A stretch of 64,000 bases of DNA, from positions 121,024,001 to 121,088,000 of the forward strand of contig OX597818.1 of NCBI GenBank assembly GCA_951406725.2. The letters run 5' to 3'. Below, in pieces: positions 12,257-22,821 of the stretch. Below the pieces are notes generated by a model. That model saw nothing but the letters and a program-made list of their open reading frames with translations, was not told the DNA's origin and ran no database searches. The position numbers and the translations under genes are program-made. This DNA comes from Octopus vulgaris. Its lineage: Eukaryota. Position 1 is the first letter of the stretch, and each line of letters opens with the position of its first letter.

Positions 12257-12660
12257 GGCGCAGGAGTGGCTGTGTGGTAAGTAGCTTGCTTACCAACCAC
12301 ATGGTCCCAGGTTCAGTCCCACTGCGTGGCATCTTGGGCAAGTGTCTTCCGCTATAGCCCCGGGCTGACCAAAGCCTTGTGAAACTGAAAGAAACTGAAA
12401 GAAGCCTGTCGTATATATGTATATATATATATGTATGTGTGTGTTTGTGTGTCTGTGTTTGTCCCCCTAGCATTGCTTGACAACCGATGCTGGTGTGTTT
12501 ACGTCCTCGTCACTTAGCGGTTCGGCAAAAGAGACCAATAGAATAAGTACTGGGCTTACAAAGAATAAGTCTGAGGTCGATTTGCTCGACTAAAGGCGGT
12601 GCTCCAGCATGGCCACAGTCAAATGACTGAAAGAAGTAAAAGAGTAAAAGAGTAAAGAGT
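12257..12660 (+). mobile_element. tRNA-derived SINE family A, near full length
   Basis: A/B-box-like head GTGGCTGTGTGG...GGTTCAGTCCC, ...TTGGGCAAG core, internal (TA)/(TG) tract, (AAAGAGT)n tail. Other copies or fragments at ~6362-6570, 7003-7150, 7898-8055, 8345-8490, 21075-21220 and equivalents in the other units. Confidence 0.85.
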
Positions 12661-12829
12661 ATACCAACTACATGACAGAACAATACATAACCTGGTGTCG
12701 ACATATTTAATGCAAAAAGAATTAAAAGCTAACAAGAAAAGTGTTGAAACTCCTATTTGTTCGCTGTAGTGGTAGCTCTCTTTAGGCAAATTTTATGTTT
12801 AGTTTTTTTAAATTTTATTTATGGCCAAT

Positions 12830-13380
12830 ACATAATGTTACATGACATGTCGGGGATTTTGCCAGAGAGGCAGGGCCAATCCATAAAGTTACATTACATA
12901 TTGGGGATTTCGCCAGAGGGGCAGGCCCAACCGATAATGTTACATGACATGTCAGCGAATGCACCAGAGGGGCTGGATCAAGCAATCACGTTACATGACA
13001 TGTTGGGGATTCACCAGCGGGGCAGACCCTACCTATAACGTTACATGACATGTCGGGCAATTTGCCACGGGGGCAGTGCCAATCCGTACTGTTACATGAC
13101 ATGCCAATGTTACATGACATGTCAGAGATTTCACCAGGGGAGCAGGCGCATGCCATAACATTACATGACATGTCAAGGGATTTGCCAGAGGGGCAAGCGC
13201 AACCCATAACATTACATGACATGTCTGGATTCACCACAGGAACAGGGCCAATCCGTAATGTTACATGACATTTTGCTGATTTCGCCAAAGGGGCAGGGCC
13301 CATAATGTTAGATGACATGTTGGGAAATTCGCCAGATGGGCAGGACCAATTCAAAACTTTAGATGACATGTCGGGGATTT
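12830..13380. repeat. 51-bp minisatellite, ~12 GTTACATGACATGTC cores (copies 36758-37308, 60726-61276)
   Basis: Cores at 12837, 12888, 12939, 12990, 13040, 13091, 13109, 13160, 13211, 13260, 13307, ~13358. Confidence 0.9.
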
Positions 13381-13807
13381 TTCTCAACAATGCCAAGAGT
13401 AAACGATGTTTTATGTGACACATTCTACCAATATACGAAGTTTGAAAGTGTTTTGTTATAAAAAATTATTTTTTAAATCTGTAGGTCAAAAGGTAAAGAT
13501 CCGAAGATTTATCAGTTATTTTTGTTATGTCAAGCAACTACATAGAGGGTTCCTCAGTAGCTCATAATACTCATAATTTTAAAAGCTGGAAATGTATTTT
13601 CTCTTTTATTTGTTTATTATTTACAGCGCTTTCATACTATGGCTGTGCTGGGGTTCTGCCTTCCAAACCTTTACTCATTTGATTCCAATACTCTGTCTGG
13701 TACATATATTTTTTTTTTTACTGATCTGTACATGACTAAGTTTACCTTAGGTATTTTTGTTTGCTTAATTGATTTATTCCTTGCTAATAAACATGTGCAT
13801 ATGCAAG

Positions 13808-13815
13808 CACACACA

Positions 13816-13863
<48 letters not shown>

Positions 13864-13953
13864 TGCATACTGGAAGAGCTTCTGACCCTAGAAAAACCTG
13901 TCTCAACAAAGATTTGTCTGATCCATGTAAGCATGGAATGGTGAATGTTAAAG

Positions 13954-14007
<54 letters not shown>

Positions 14008-14053
14008 CGATGATGATGATGATGATGTTGATGATGATGATGATGTTGATGAT
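13808..14053. repeat. (CA)n and (GAT)n microsatellites
   Basis: Direct reading. Confidence 0.95.
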
Positions 14054-14098
14054 GGCAAAGGTGCATATATGACAGACTTCCCCGTAGTTTCTTTGAAT

Positions 14099-14311
14099 GA
14101 GCGAAACACCTAAGCCCCACGCGGCTCCGGCAGAAGGTAATGGCGAACTTCTGCTGACTCTTTCGCCACAACTTTCTCTCACTCTTTACTCCTGCATCTT
14201 GCAGCTCACCTGCTACGGACCGGCGTCCCATCCAGGTGGGGAACCTATACGCCAAGGAAACTGGGAAACCGGCCCTTATGAGCCAGGCGTGGCTCGAGAA
14301 GGAACAAACAA
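14099..14311 (+). mobile_element. Headless family-B-related SINE at the duplication junction (duplicate 38023-38235)
   Basis: GAGCGAAACAC...CTGCTACGGACCGGCGTCCCATCCAG...GAAACTGGGAAACCGG parallels 15849-15970; tRNA head is missing. Confidence 0.75.
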
Positions 14312-15129
14312 TGATTGGTTAGGATAAATTTAGAGTTGGTGAAACGATAGCAGTTTAATGATATCTACAATGCTATTTTACTAATATTTAGCAGCGAAGT
14401 ATCCTCATTGTTTACAAATGTCCACTGTATTATTAGTCGAATAAGAAATGTACAGGAGACTAATATCTGCTGTCCATGTAAAATTTCGAACCAACTGGAA
14501 CAGCCCTATGTAGACACTCTACCTTCTAGAAATAACATCCTAATCTCCTTCAAATCACATCCTACCATTCTAAAACGGGTAGAACATTTACATTGGGTAG
14601 CATTGTCCCCGGTACATTCTTCGTTCTCAATGATTAAGTTCAGCAGAATAAGTTTTAGAGTAATATCCTAAATTTATTTAATTATGTTATTCTTTTTCAA
14701 TCACTTAAGTACATCTATCCTCGTGTATCACAGATGTTTGGTTCCAAAATAAGAACGTGTTAAATGAATAAATGATAAATGAATAATAAAACGTGGAGAA
14801 AATAGATTTCATTCTGAGACCCAAAGTTGTCCTGGTTACTGTGTATAATCGCTGGAGGGCACCCTTGACTGACCTAACTATTGAATGTACTATGTTACCT
14901 CGTATCGGTGAGAAATGAATTAGTGATAAACGAGGATAGAAGTATATTTATTTTTGTTTCAGATATTTAAAGCTTCCATTTAAAATAATTTAAAATTAAC
15001 CAGTAGAATTAATATTCTACTGGTTACTTTTAATCATTTGAAAACGATCATTTTACTCGTTACAGTAAAATATTATTTGCTTGCATCTTTGCAAACTTAT
15101 GACTATTTTTATTTTGTTTAATTGCTTAG

Positions 15130-15302
15130 GTCCTGTAGATGTATGCAAAGGTAAATCTGGAAGTTATCCAGACCCAGTCTCATGTAAGAGCTTTTACATA
15201 TGCACGAATGGAAAAGGGTTTACTGCCTTCTGTCCTCCTAATCAGTTATTCGATCATGTTTCAAATAGTTGTGTTGAATCATCTCGGGCCAAATGTTCAT
15301 GA
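15130..15302 (+). CDS. Terminal exon encoding a chitin-binding type-2 (CBM14/peritrophin-A) domain
   Basis: Acceptor TTGCTTAG, phase 1; C-x12-C-x5-C-x9-C-x12-C-x7-C with YPDP..C..FY.C and CP..LFD motifs; TGA; AATAAA at 15340 and 15419. No upstream exons recognised in the unit. Confidence 0.85.
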
Positions 15303-15756
15303 GTTTCTCCAAGAAGACCACGAATCAATCTTGGAAATTAATAAATTTGAGAGTTTTTATCAAGGATTACCCATAGCAGGAAATTTTATTTCCAGTCTGT
15401 TGGTAAAATATTGTATTTAATAAAATATAGTATTAAATTTTATGAATATTTAAAATGCATTAAGTTTAATTTGTTTAAACTTGATTAAAAATCATTTTGT
15501 ATTATCTTAAAATGCTTTTGTTTTTCTTGCAAGTTGCTGTTACTTGAGTTAGTATAAATAAGACTGGGGTGTAAGTGTCCAATATCCAAACTTTATATTC
15601 AACCAATACCACTGTGAAGTCAATGGTCAAAATTTTTTTGTTAAAGGATCCAGTTAACCTGGCTATAAATAGGCAAAACAGTTCACCTAATATATTGATG
15701 TAATAGCTCTGATGAATTAAAATTTCCCAGTATTTAAATTCTGTAATACTTCATGA

Positions 15757-16017
15757 GTGGAGGCGCGTGGCTTAGTGGTTAGGGTGTTGAACTCATGATC
15801 GTAAGGTTGTAGTTTCGATTCCTGGACCAGGCGATGCGTTGTGTTCTTGAGCAAAACACTTCATTTCACGTTACTCCAGTCCACTCAGCTGGCAAAAATG
15901 AGTAATCCTGCGACGGACCGGCGTCCCGTCCAGCTGGGGAACACATACGCCATTGAAACCGGGAAACCGGGCCCATGAACCTGGCTAGGCTTTAAAAAGG
16001 TGCATTTATTTTTTATT
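15757..16017 (+). mobile_element. tRNA-derived SINE family B with 13-bp TSD (duplicate 39681-39941)
   Basis: tRNA-like head GGCGCGTGGCTTAGTGG...GTTTCGATTCC; TSD TAATACTTCATGA at 15744-15756 and 16018-16030. Confidence 0.85.
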
Positions 16018-16146
16018 TAATACTTCATGAAGGTAAAGAATATAATTTTGTGGCCATTTGAAATAAAAAAAATTTAAGTGAAAAAATTGGTGGATTTTTT
16101 TCTCTTACTACTTGATAAATACTTATAAAGATTTTATCCTATTTTT

Positions 16147-16149
<3 letters not shown>

Positions 16150-16200
<51 letters not shown>

Positions 16201-16283
16201 CATACACAGATATATATATATGCACATATATATATATACATATGTAAATATATATATATACATATATACATATATATACATAT

Positions 16284-16340
<57 letters not shown>

Positions 16341-16341
16341 G

Positions 16342-16425
<84 letters not shown>
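16150..16425. repeat. (TA)n-(GA)n compound microsatellite
   Basis: Direct reading. Confidence 0.95.
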
Positions 16426-16429
<4 letters not shown>

Positions 16430-16726
16430 CTTCCATGCAGTTTTTGTCCATCATGTTCAGTCACAAGGCATTGTTGTCCCGCGGGTATTAGTAGAAGACC
16501 TATACTTATGGTCTTATGGTGCTGCATAGGAGGACCGAAACCATGTAGTTGCAAAGTTAGTTTCTTGTTTTAAACAAGAAATATTGGTAGAACATTCTCA
16601 TCAAAAGTGTCGTAAAATACAAACATAACCACCTGACATGTTTATCTGGTATGGTTATTTACAGGTAGAGCAGTTAGTTCTTTATGTGTGAACGTTCAGT
16701 GAGAAAGGGAATATTTATGAACACTT

Positions 16727-16887
16727 GGCGCAGATGCAGCTGTGTGGTAAGCAGCTTCCTTCCCAACCACTTGGTTCCGGGTTCAGTCTCACTACGTGGC
16801 ACCTTGGGCAAGTGTCTTCTACTATAACTTCGGGCCGACCAAATCCTTGTGAGTGGATTTGGTAGACGGAAACTGAAAGAAGCCCGT

Positions 16888-16922
<35 letters not shown>

Positions 16923-17145
16923 ATTTGTTATTTGTGTCTGTGTTTATCCCTCATACCGTTGCTTGACAACCGATATTGGTGTTTACGTCCCCGTCACTTA
17001 GTGGTTCAGCAATAAGTGATTGATAGAATAAGTTCTAAGCTTACAAAGAATAATTCCTGGGATAGATTTGTTCGACTAAAGGTGGTGCTCCGGCATGGCC
17101 GCACTCAAATGACTGAAACATGCGAAAGAAAAGAATAAAAGAATA
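16727..17145 (+). mobile_element. SINE family A (duplicate ~40654-41074)
   Basis: Same consensus as 12257-12660. Confidence 0.85.
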
Positions 17146-18680
17146 ATTGATTCAAAATCCAAATTACAAGTTGTATTTGTACTCACAGTAATGGATACTC
17201 TTGCTTGTGTTACTAAACCTCTACGTGATAATCTGCAAAAGCTGGTATTTTCAGAAAAAGAAAATGTCCAGCTGACACGCCCGTAACACACTTAATGTAT
17301 ACAAGCAGTAAGTAGAACAATAAAGATATGCAAGACTGTTTAAAAGATTTAACATGTAGCTCTTTACCCATGTTTTATTTCAATTCCAGTAATGGAGATT
17401 TATTTCTTTGTTAGAAACCCACTCCATTTTTATGGGGGGAAAGGTAAATAATTAATCAAAAACTGAGACTCACACAGACACAGTCATATATGATAAATAC
17501 AGCAGGCAATGTATTTGACTTATAATTCTGGTTTAACTACACCATTATGTCGTGGTTATTCATTTCTTCAAGTGTATCTTTACTTTCGTCAAAGTATTTT
17601 GACGGACTTTGCGATGCTTGAATAGTATATACAGTTTTTTGCTTATCTTTTTTGCTTGTCTTACATTGCTTCTTTCGTTTCGTTCTGTGTCTAGGAATTT
17701 TACTATTTACAGCAGGGTATAATTTATCATTTGCAAGAGTAATAATATTTTCTGGTGATGTAGCACAGTCTTTTTTCACGTAATGTTTTTGTTGGTTAAA
17801 TGTTAAAGTAGGTGTCCATGTGGGTATATAACTACTGACGTAAGAATACGTATCAGAATCATCAGAGAGGTCATATGATTGGGTTATTGACCCAGCAATA
17901 TCGTTCTTTTGGAAAGGAATAGAGTCTTGTACCCATGAGTTTTCCGTATGAGATATATTCAGGTCTTTTGAGATGGAATCCTTCAGGGTAGAACTTAAAT
18001 CGTGAGCTTGTGTGAGATCATTCGCAATAGAATCTCGCAAGTATGACAACTTTTTGCTCACTGGCGATACTTTATAAGAAGCTTGTCCATTTCTAAAGTT
18101 TGTGTCTTGACATTGTTCTTCCTTCGTCCACTTGTCTGTAATATCTCCAACTGAAGGTTGACGTATGAATATATCCAACATTCCTCTAGGGAGCTCTTTG
18201 TTGTATTCGTTCAAGTTTTCTGCTGATTCAGTCCCTTCCTCTGTTGGAATATTGCCACTTATTTTATCATGACAACATCTTATTGAGGAAGAACTATCAA
18301 TTTCACCGGAATGTTTGCCACCGTCTTCAGAGGAAATCTGCATCAGTTTTCCAGTCGCTGTTGCTAAATGTTGCTGCAAACTGTGAATCAGAAGTTCTTT
18401 CTAAAAATATAACAAGAGAAACTAATAAACAAAATTTTAGCTACATATTTATTGTCATTGACATAGTTATAGAAAAGTTAGCAATAGATAAGGTTAGTTG
18501 GGACACGATAAAATTTTAGCTTTGTACCTGTACGTGAAACAGATACCAAGCCAATGAGAGACACTCTACACGGTAGTACAGCTGCAAAGGTTCTACGGAT
18601 ATACTCTGCTGTCTTAAAGACGGAAAGGATGCATTCGATAATTGCAATCCTTAAAAAGGATAAAATAATCACATTTCGAA

Positions 18681-18760
18681 TCATAGACCTTCGGTAGTCA
18701 TAGACCTTCGGTAGTCATAGACCTTCGGTAGTCATAGACCTTCTGTGATCATAGACCTAT
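18681..18760. repeat. 17-bp tandem repeat TCATAGACCTTCGGTAG (3 perfect plus decayed copies)
   Basis: Direct reading. Confidence 0.9.
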
Positions 18761-18825
18761 GACCTTCTCTGATCTTCTGTGGAAAGGTTGATCGGTAACT
18801 AAACAACTACAAAAAGCAACCATAA

Positions 18826-19057
18826 TACCTATTTCTTTACTACCCACAAGTGGGTAAACACAGAGAGGAAAAACAAGGACAGACAAACGGATTAAGTCGA
18901 TTATATCGACCCCAGGACGTAACTGGTACTTAATTTATCAACCTCGAAAGGATGAAAGGTAAAGTCGACCTCGGCAGAATTTGAACTCAGAATGTAACGG
19001 CAGACGAAATACGGCGACGCATTTCGTCCGGTGTGTTAACGTTTCTGCCAGCTCGCC
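18826..19057 (-). mobile_element. SINE family C
   Basis: Reverse complement of 20086-20320. Degenerate copies at ~9660-9820(-), 9852-10070(+), 10210-10350(-), 19320-19490(-), 62160-62345(-), 63437-63560(+), 63878-64000(-). Confidence 0.85.
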
Positions 19058-19249
19058 TAACCCTAACCTTAACCATAATACCAACACAGAGACAGTAACT
19101 GAGTATTTATATTACATACCAGCATGGTGGGAAGAGTTGTGGTTGATAGGTATTGAAGTGAGTTGGACTTCATGGAGATACAATGAAGTGCATGTGAGCG
19201 AGTTCATCGGTGTATAGATTGATTATTGGAAAGGAAACAGATGGTGTTT

Positions 19250-20990
19250 TTAGGTGAAGGCAATTTGATTGTTAATCCCTGCTGGATTAGTAGTGATTAA
19301 TCAGAAAGCAAAATGTGGCCAGCAATTTCGGGAGAAGGAGTAAGACGATTATATCGACCCCAATATTCAGTTGGTACTTATATTATTTTTTCGAGCTCGA
19401 ATGTATGAAAGGCAAAGTCAACCTCGGCAGAATTTCAAATCAGAATGCGAAGCATTTCACCCGGCGTGCCAGCAATTCCGCTCGCTCGTCGCTGTGATGT
19501 AGTTTATAGTATTAGCAAGAGACTGGAATTAGACGTATACAATACCATGAATAGTGACATGCAAGTAGGCGGAGCCGATGGGCCAACTGAAAGTGATTAC
19601 CTTGTGGATCTTGGAGAGGTAGTAGGTACGAAGATGATGGGAAAATATGATGTACAGACGATGTGTTCAATGGATATGTGAGGAAGTATTCTTATTCATG
19701 GTTCTGGCGTTGCTTTTCTCTTACCCCTATTTCGATATTCTATTATTAAGATGATAAAGAAAGCAATGTAACTGTAATAACGTGATGAGATAAAGATATG
19801 TGAAGATATATGGAAGAATCTACAGTGTTCCCCAGGAGAGAGGTCGAGGAATTGTTTGAGGTTGTGCTGCAAACCACAGATGCTTTTCTGATACATACAA
19901 GAGTTGAAACGGTCGGTCATATGGAAAGGCAAACTAGATTCGTGTTGCGTAGAGAGGTGATGTCCTGGATGAATGTATTGGCATTGTCTGGGGAACGAGA
20001 TCAGGCATAGCATCCAGGTTTGGTGTGGTGAGGGGTGTTGAAGAAACTGTAGAACAGTCAGTCATATAATTTATGGTCTTCATAAGGTGGCGAGCTGGCA
20101 GAAACGTTAGCACGCCGGGCGAAATGTTTAGCGGTACTTCGTCTGCCGCTACGTTCTGAGTTCAAATTTCCACCGAGGTCGACTTTGCCTTTCATCCTTT
20201 CAGGATCGATAAATTAAGTACCAGTTACGCACTGGAGTCGATATAATCCACTTACTCCGTCTGTCTGTCCTTGTTTGTCTCCTCTGTGTTTAGCCCCTTC
20301 TGGACAGTAAAGAAATAGGTATTTCGTTTGCCGCTACGTTCTGAGTTCAAATTCCGCCGAGGTCGACTTTGCCTTTCATCCTTTCGGGGTTGATTAAATA
20401 AGTACCAGTTACGCACTGGGGTCGATGTAATCGACTTAATCCGCTTATCTGTCCTTGTTTGTCCCCTCTGTGTGTAGCCCACAAGGGGCTACACACAGAG
20501 GGGACAAATAGGTATTTCGGTGTCGATAAATTAAGTACCAGTTGCGTCCTGGAGTCGATCTAATCGACTGCACCCCAACTCACTTCTCTAAACATTTCGG
20601 GCTTTATGCATAGAGTAGAAAAGAATTTATGGTCTTCATAGTCTGATTGCCATCAAAAGGTGATTAGGAAAGCTGTGAGAAGTGATGGGGTCGGATTTGA
20701 AAAGACTAATGATCCAGATATGGAAGTAAGGTGGTGTGATGCTAGTGAGGGTGAAGGGTAATTTGTTAGTGAGCAATAAAAATGGAGATATCCAGAAAGT
20801 TAACAGGTGCTAAGTATGATACATGTTAGTTCTAGAACAAGTGGGAGAAGTTCTTCGAAGAATATCATCAATTGTATAAAATGATAAACCTGGAGCTTCT
20901 TCTATACCGGAAAAGCTGGTCGGTTGAAAGTTGATCATTTGGGGGAAGGAGGCGTTGGACATCTTACACAATAAACATAATCCCAAAGGC
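19250..20990 (-). mobile_element. Highly decayed Penelope-like retroelement, interrupted by SINEs (duplicate ~43180-44920)
   Basis: Ordered minus-strand remnants FYTIDDI (~20870), VNFLDISI (~20790), CQYIHP...[10 protein letters not shown]...EH (19980-19820), [12 protein letters not shown] (19300-19265). Confidence 0.4.
20085..20623 (+). mobile_element. Compound SINE family C insertion with 17-bp TSD (duplicate 44015-44553)
   Basis: Three tandem partial units sharing (GAGGTCGACTTTGCCTTTCATCCTTTC)...AAGTACCAGTT; TSD AATTTATGGTCTTCATA at 20068-20084 and 20624-20640. Confidence 0.85.
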
Positions 20991-21015
20991 CTGTATCTTC
21001 AATTCTGTGTGGGAA

Positions 21016-21062
<47 letters not shown>

Positions 21063-21621
21063 TGTACCGTTGTGTGTGTGCCTTTTGTAATTCCCCCCCT
21101 ACACCTTTTGACAACCAGTGTTGGTTTGTTTACGTCCCCATCACTTAGCAGTCCGGCAAAAGATATCAATAGAATAGGTACCAGACGTGGCCACAGTCCA
21201 ATGACCAAACCAAGGATAAAAGAGATAAATAAATAAAAAAACAAAAGGTAGATCAATGAAATACTAACTGCTTGCATGGATCTTTTCAGGGCCGAGTTTT
21301 CTACAACTAAATGACACAGTTCTTCATAATTAGGTTCTCTTTTGCAATATGTTAAACGCTTAACAGCGGTAACAGCAGCTGGGGAATCTAATTTGTCGCT
21401 TTTACTTTTTCTCCACAATAAAATCTGAAAACATTAAAAACATTTAGAAATACAATTTGAAATTCAGGTCTGACAAGGTTACTGCTTCGAATGTGATAAT
21501 ATATGACCCCGTAGATATTCTATGGTTTAATTAAAAACAACTGTTAAGTATCGACGACTAATGTGACAGGTGCGCGCACATATACGAACACCCTCACTCT
21601 CTCACACACACGCAGCTAATT

Positions 21622-21677
<56 letters not shown>

Positions 21678-21772
21678 AGCCAGTAGTGTTTGTATGTATG
21701 AGTGGTTATATATACCATTAGCGTCAATTTGAATCACTTTTTTCCCACGCACTTTATTTTTCTCACTCTTAC

Positions 21773-22088
21773 CTCTCTCTCTCTCTCTTTCTCGGCATCT
21801 CTCTCTCTCTTTCTCAGCGTCTCGCTTTCTCGGTATCTCTCTCTCTCTCTCTTCCTCAGCGTCTCTCTTTCTCTCTTTCTTAGCATTTCTCTCTCTTTCT
21901 CGGCATCTCTCTCTCTCTCTCTTTCTCAGCGCCTCTCTTTCTTAGCATTTCTCTCTCTTTCTCGGCGTTTCTCTCTCTCTCTCTCTCTCTCTCGGAGTCT
22001 CTCTCTCTCTCTCTCTTTCTCGGCATCTCTCCCTCTCTTTCTCAGCGTCTCTCTCTCTTTCTCGGCATCTCTCCCTCTCTTTCTCAGC

Positions 22089-22130
<42 letters not shown>
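21773..22130. repeat. CT-rich satellite, ~18-20-bp units CTCTCTCTTTCTC(G/A)GC(A/G)T
   Basis: Direct reading; continues between and after the LINE insertions (22720-22820, 24100-24275, 291-426). Confidence 0.9.
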
Positions 22131-22132
<2 letters not shown>

Positions 22133-22719
22133 CTGCACGCGATTGTGCAATGCCCGAAGGTGACTGAACTCTGGGCTTATGTCGAACACCTGCTGTCGCA
22201 TTCGAGAAGTGTACAACTGTCGAGCGAATCTGTAATGAAGATAGTTCCGCCGACCTTCCTGAATAGGGAGGAGCGAGCCTGTTTCCTCTCGGTAGTTGCT
22301 ATGGCGAAAGAAGTAGTGTGGAAGACGAGAGTAAAAGGAATTGCAACAGGCATGTTTATCTCCAGTCTCGAGCTAATCGACTTTTTCGTTTTCCACATGA
22401 AACGGAAAATAAGGCTGGAGAAGAAATGCCTGTCGCAAAGTGTGTTTCGTAAAAGATGGAAGTCTATAGCAAGTATGTTGCGAGTGAAAGAACCTGTTTA
22501 ATCAAGAATGTGAAAAAGGAGAAAGCAAAGTCTTCAGTGTGAGTATGTGGTTTGTGGGGTCAACCACGTCCTCCGCTTCATTTTTTGTTATTCACTCATT
22601 ATCATTTAATTGTATATATTTTAATTATTTGTTTATTCATGTTTCGTCTCATTCGATACCCTGACCCAACGTTTGTTTTGTCCCCTCTTTTTCTCAACTT
22701 TATGGTGAATAAAGAAATA
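22133..22719 (+). mobile_element. 5'-truncated Tx1/L1-like LINE, short insertion
   Basis: ORF2 C-terminus (LHAIVQCP...RVKEPV*) plus 3'UTR, embedded in (CT)n on both sides. Confidence 0.8.
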
Positions 22720-22788
22720 CTCTCTCTCGACGTTTCTCTTTCTCTTTGTCTTTTTCGGCGTCTCTCTCTCTTTCTCAGTGTCTCTATC

Positions 22789-22820
<32 letters not shown>

Positions 22821-22821
<1 letters not shown>

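Larger units (their letters stand above)
1..14098. repeat. Tandem segmental duplication, partial unit (continues left of window)
   Basis: Near-identical to 23810-38022 and 47788-61978. Confidence 0.95.

Noticed and set aside
12757-13423. Repetitive ORFs (LHDMS.../DMSCNV...) and CRISPR-like appearance of the 51-bp array
   Set aside because: The period is a multiple of 3, so peptides repeat on both strands and frames are broken. The 'spacers' are homologous to each other, the DNA is eukaryotic and no cas genes are present.
15757-15835. tRNA-like sequence
   Set aside because: It is the head of a SINE with body, tail and TSD, not a stand-alone tRNA gene
17537-18379. 280-aa ORF as an independent single-exon gene
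   Set aside because: It starts at TTG, is preceded by a splice acceptor at 18401-18402 and continues the GPCR coiled coil in frame
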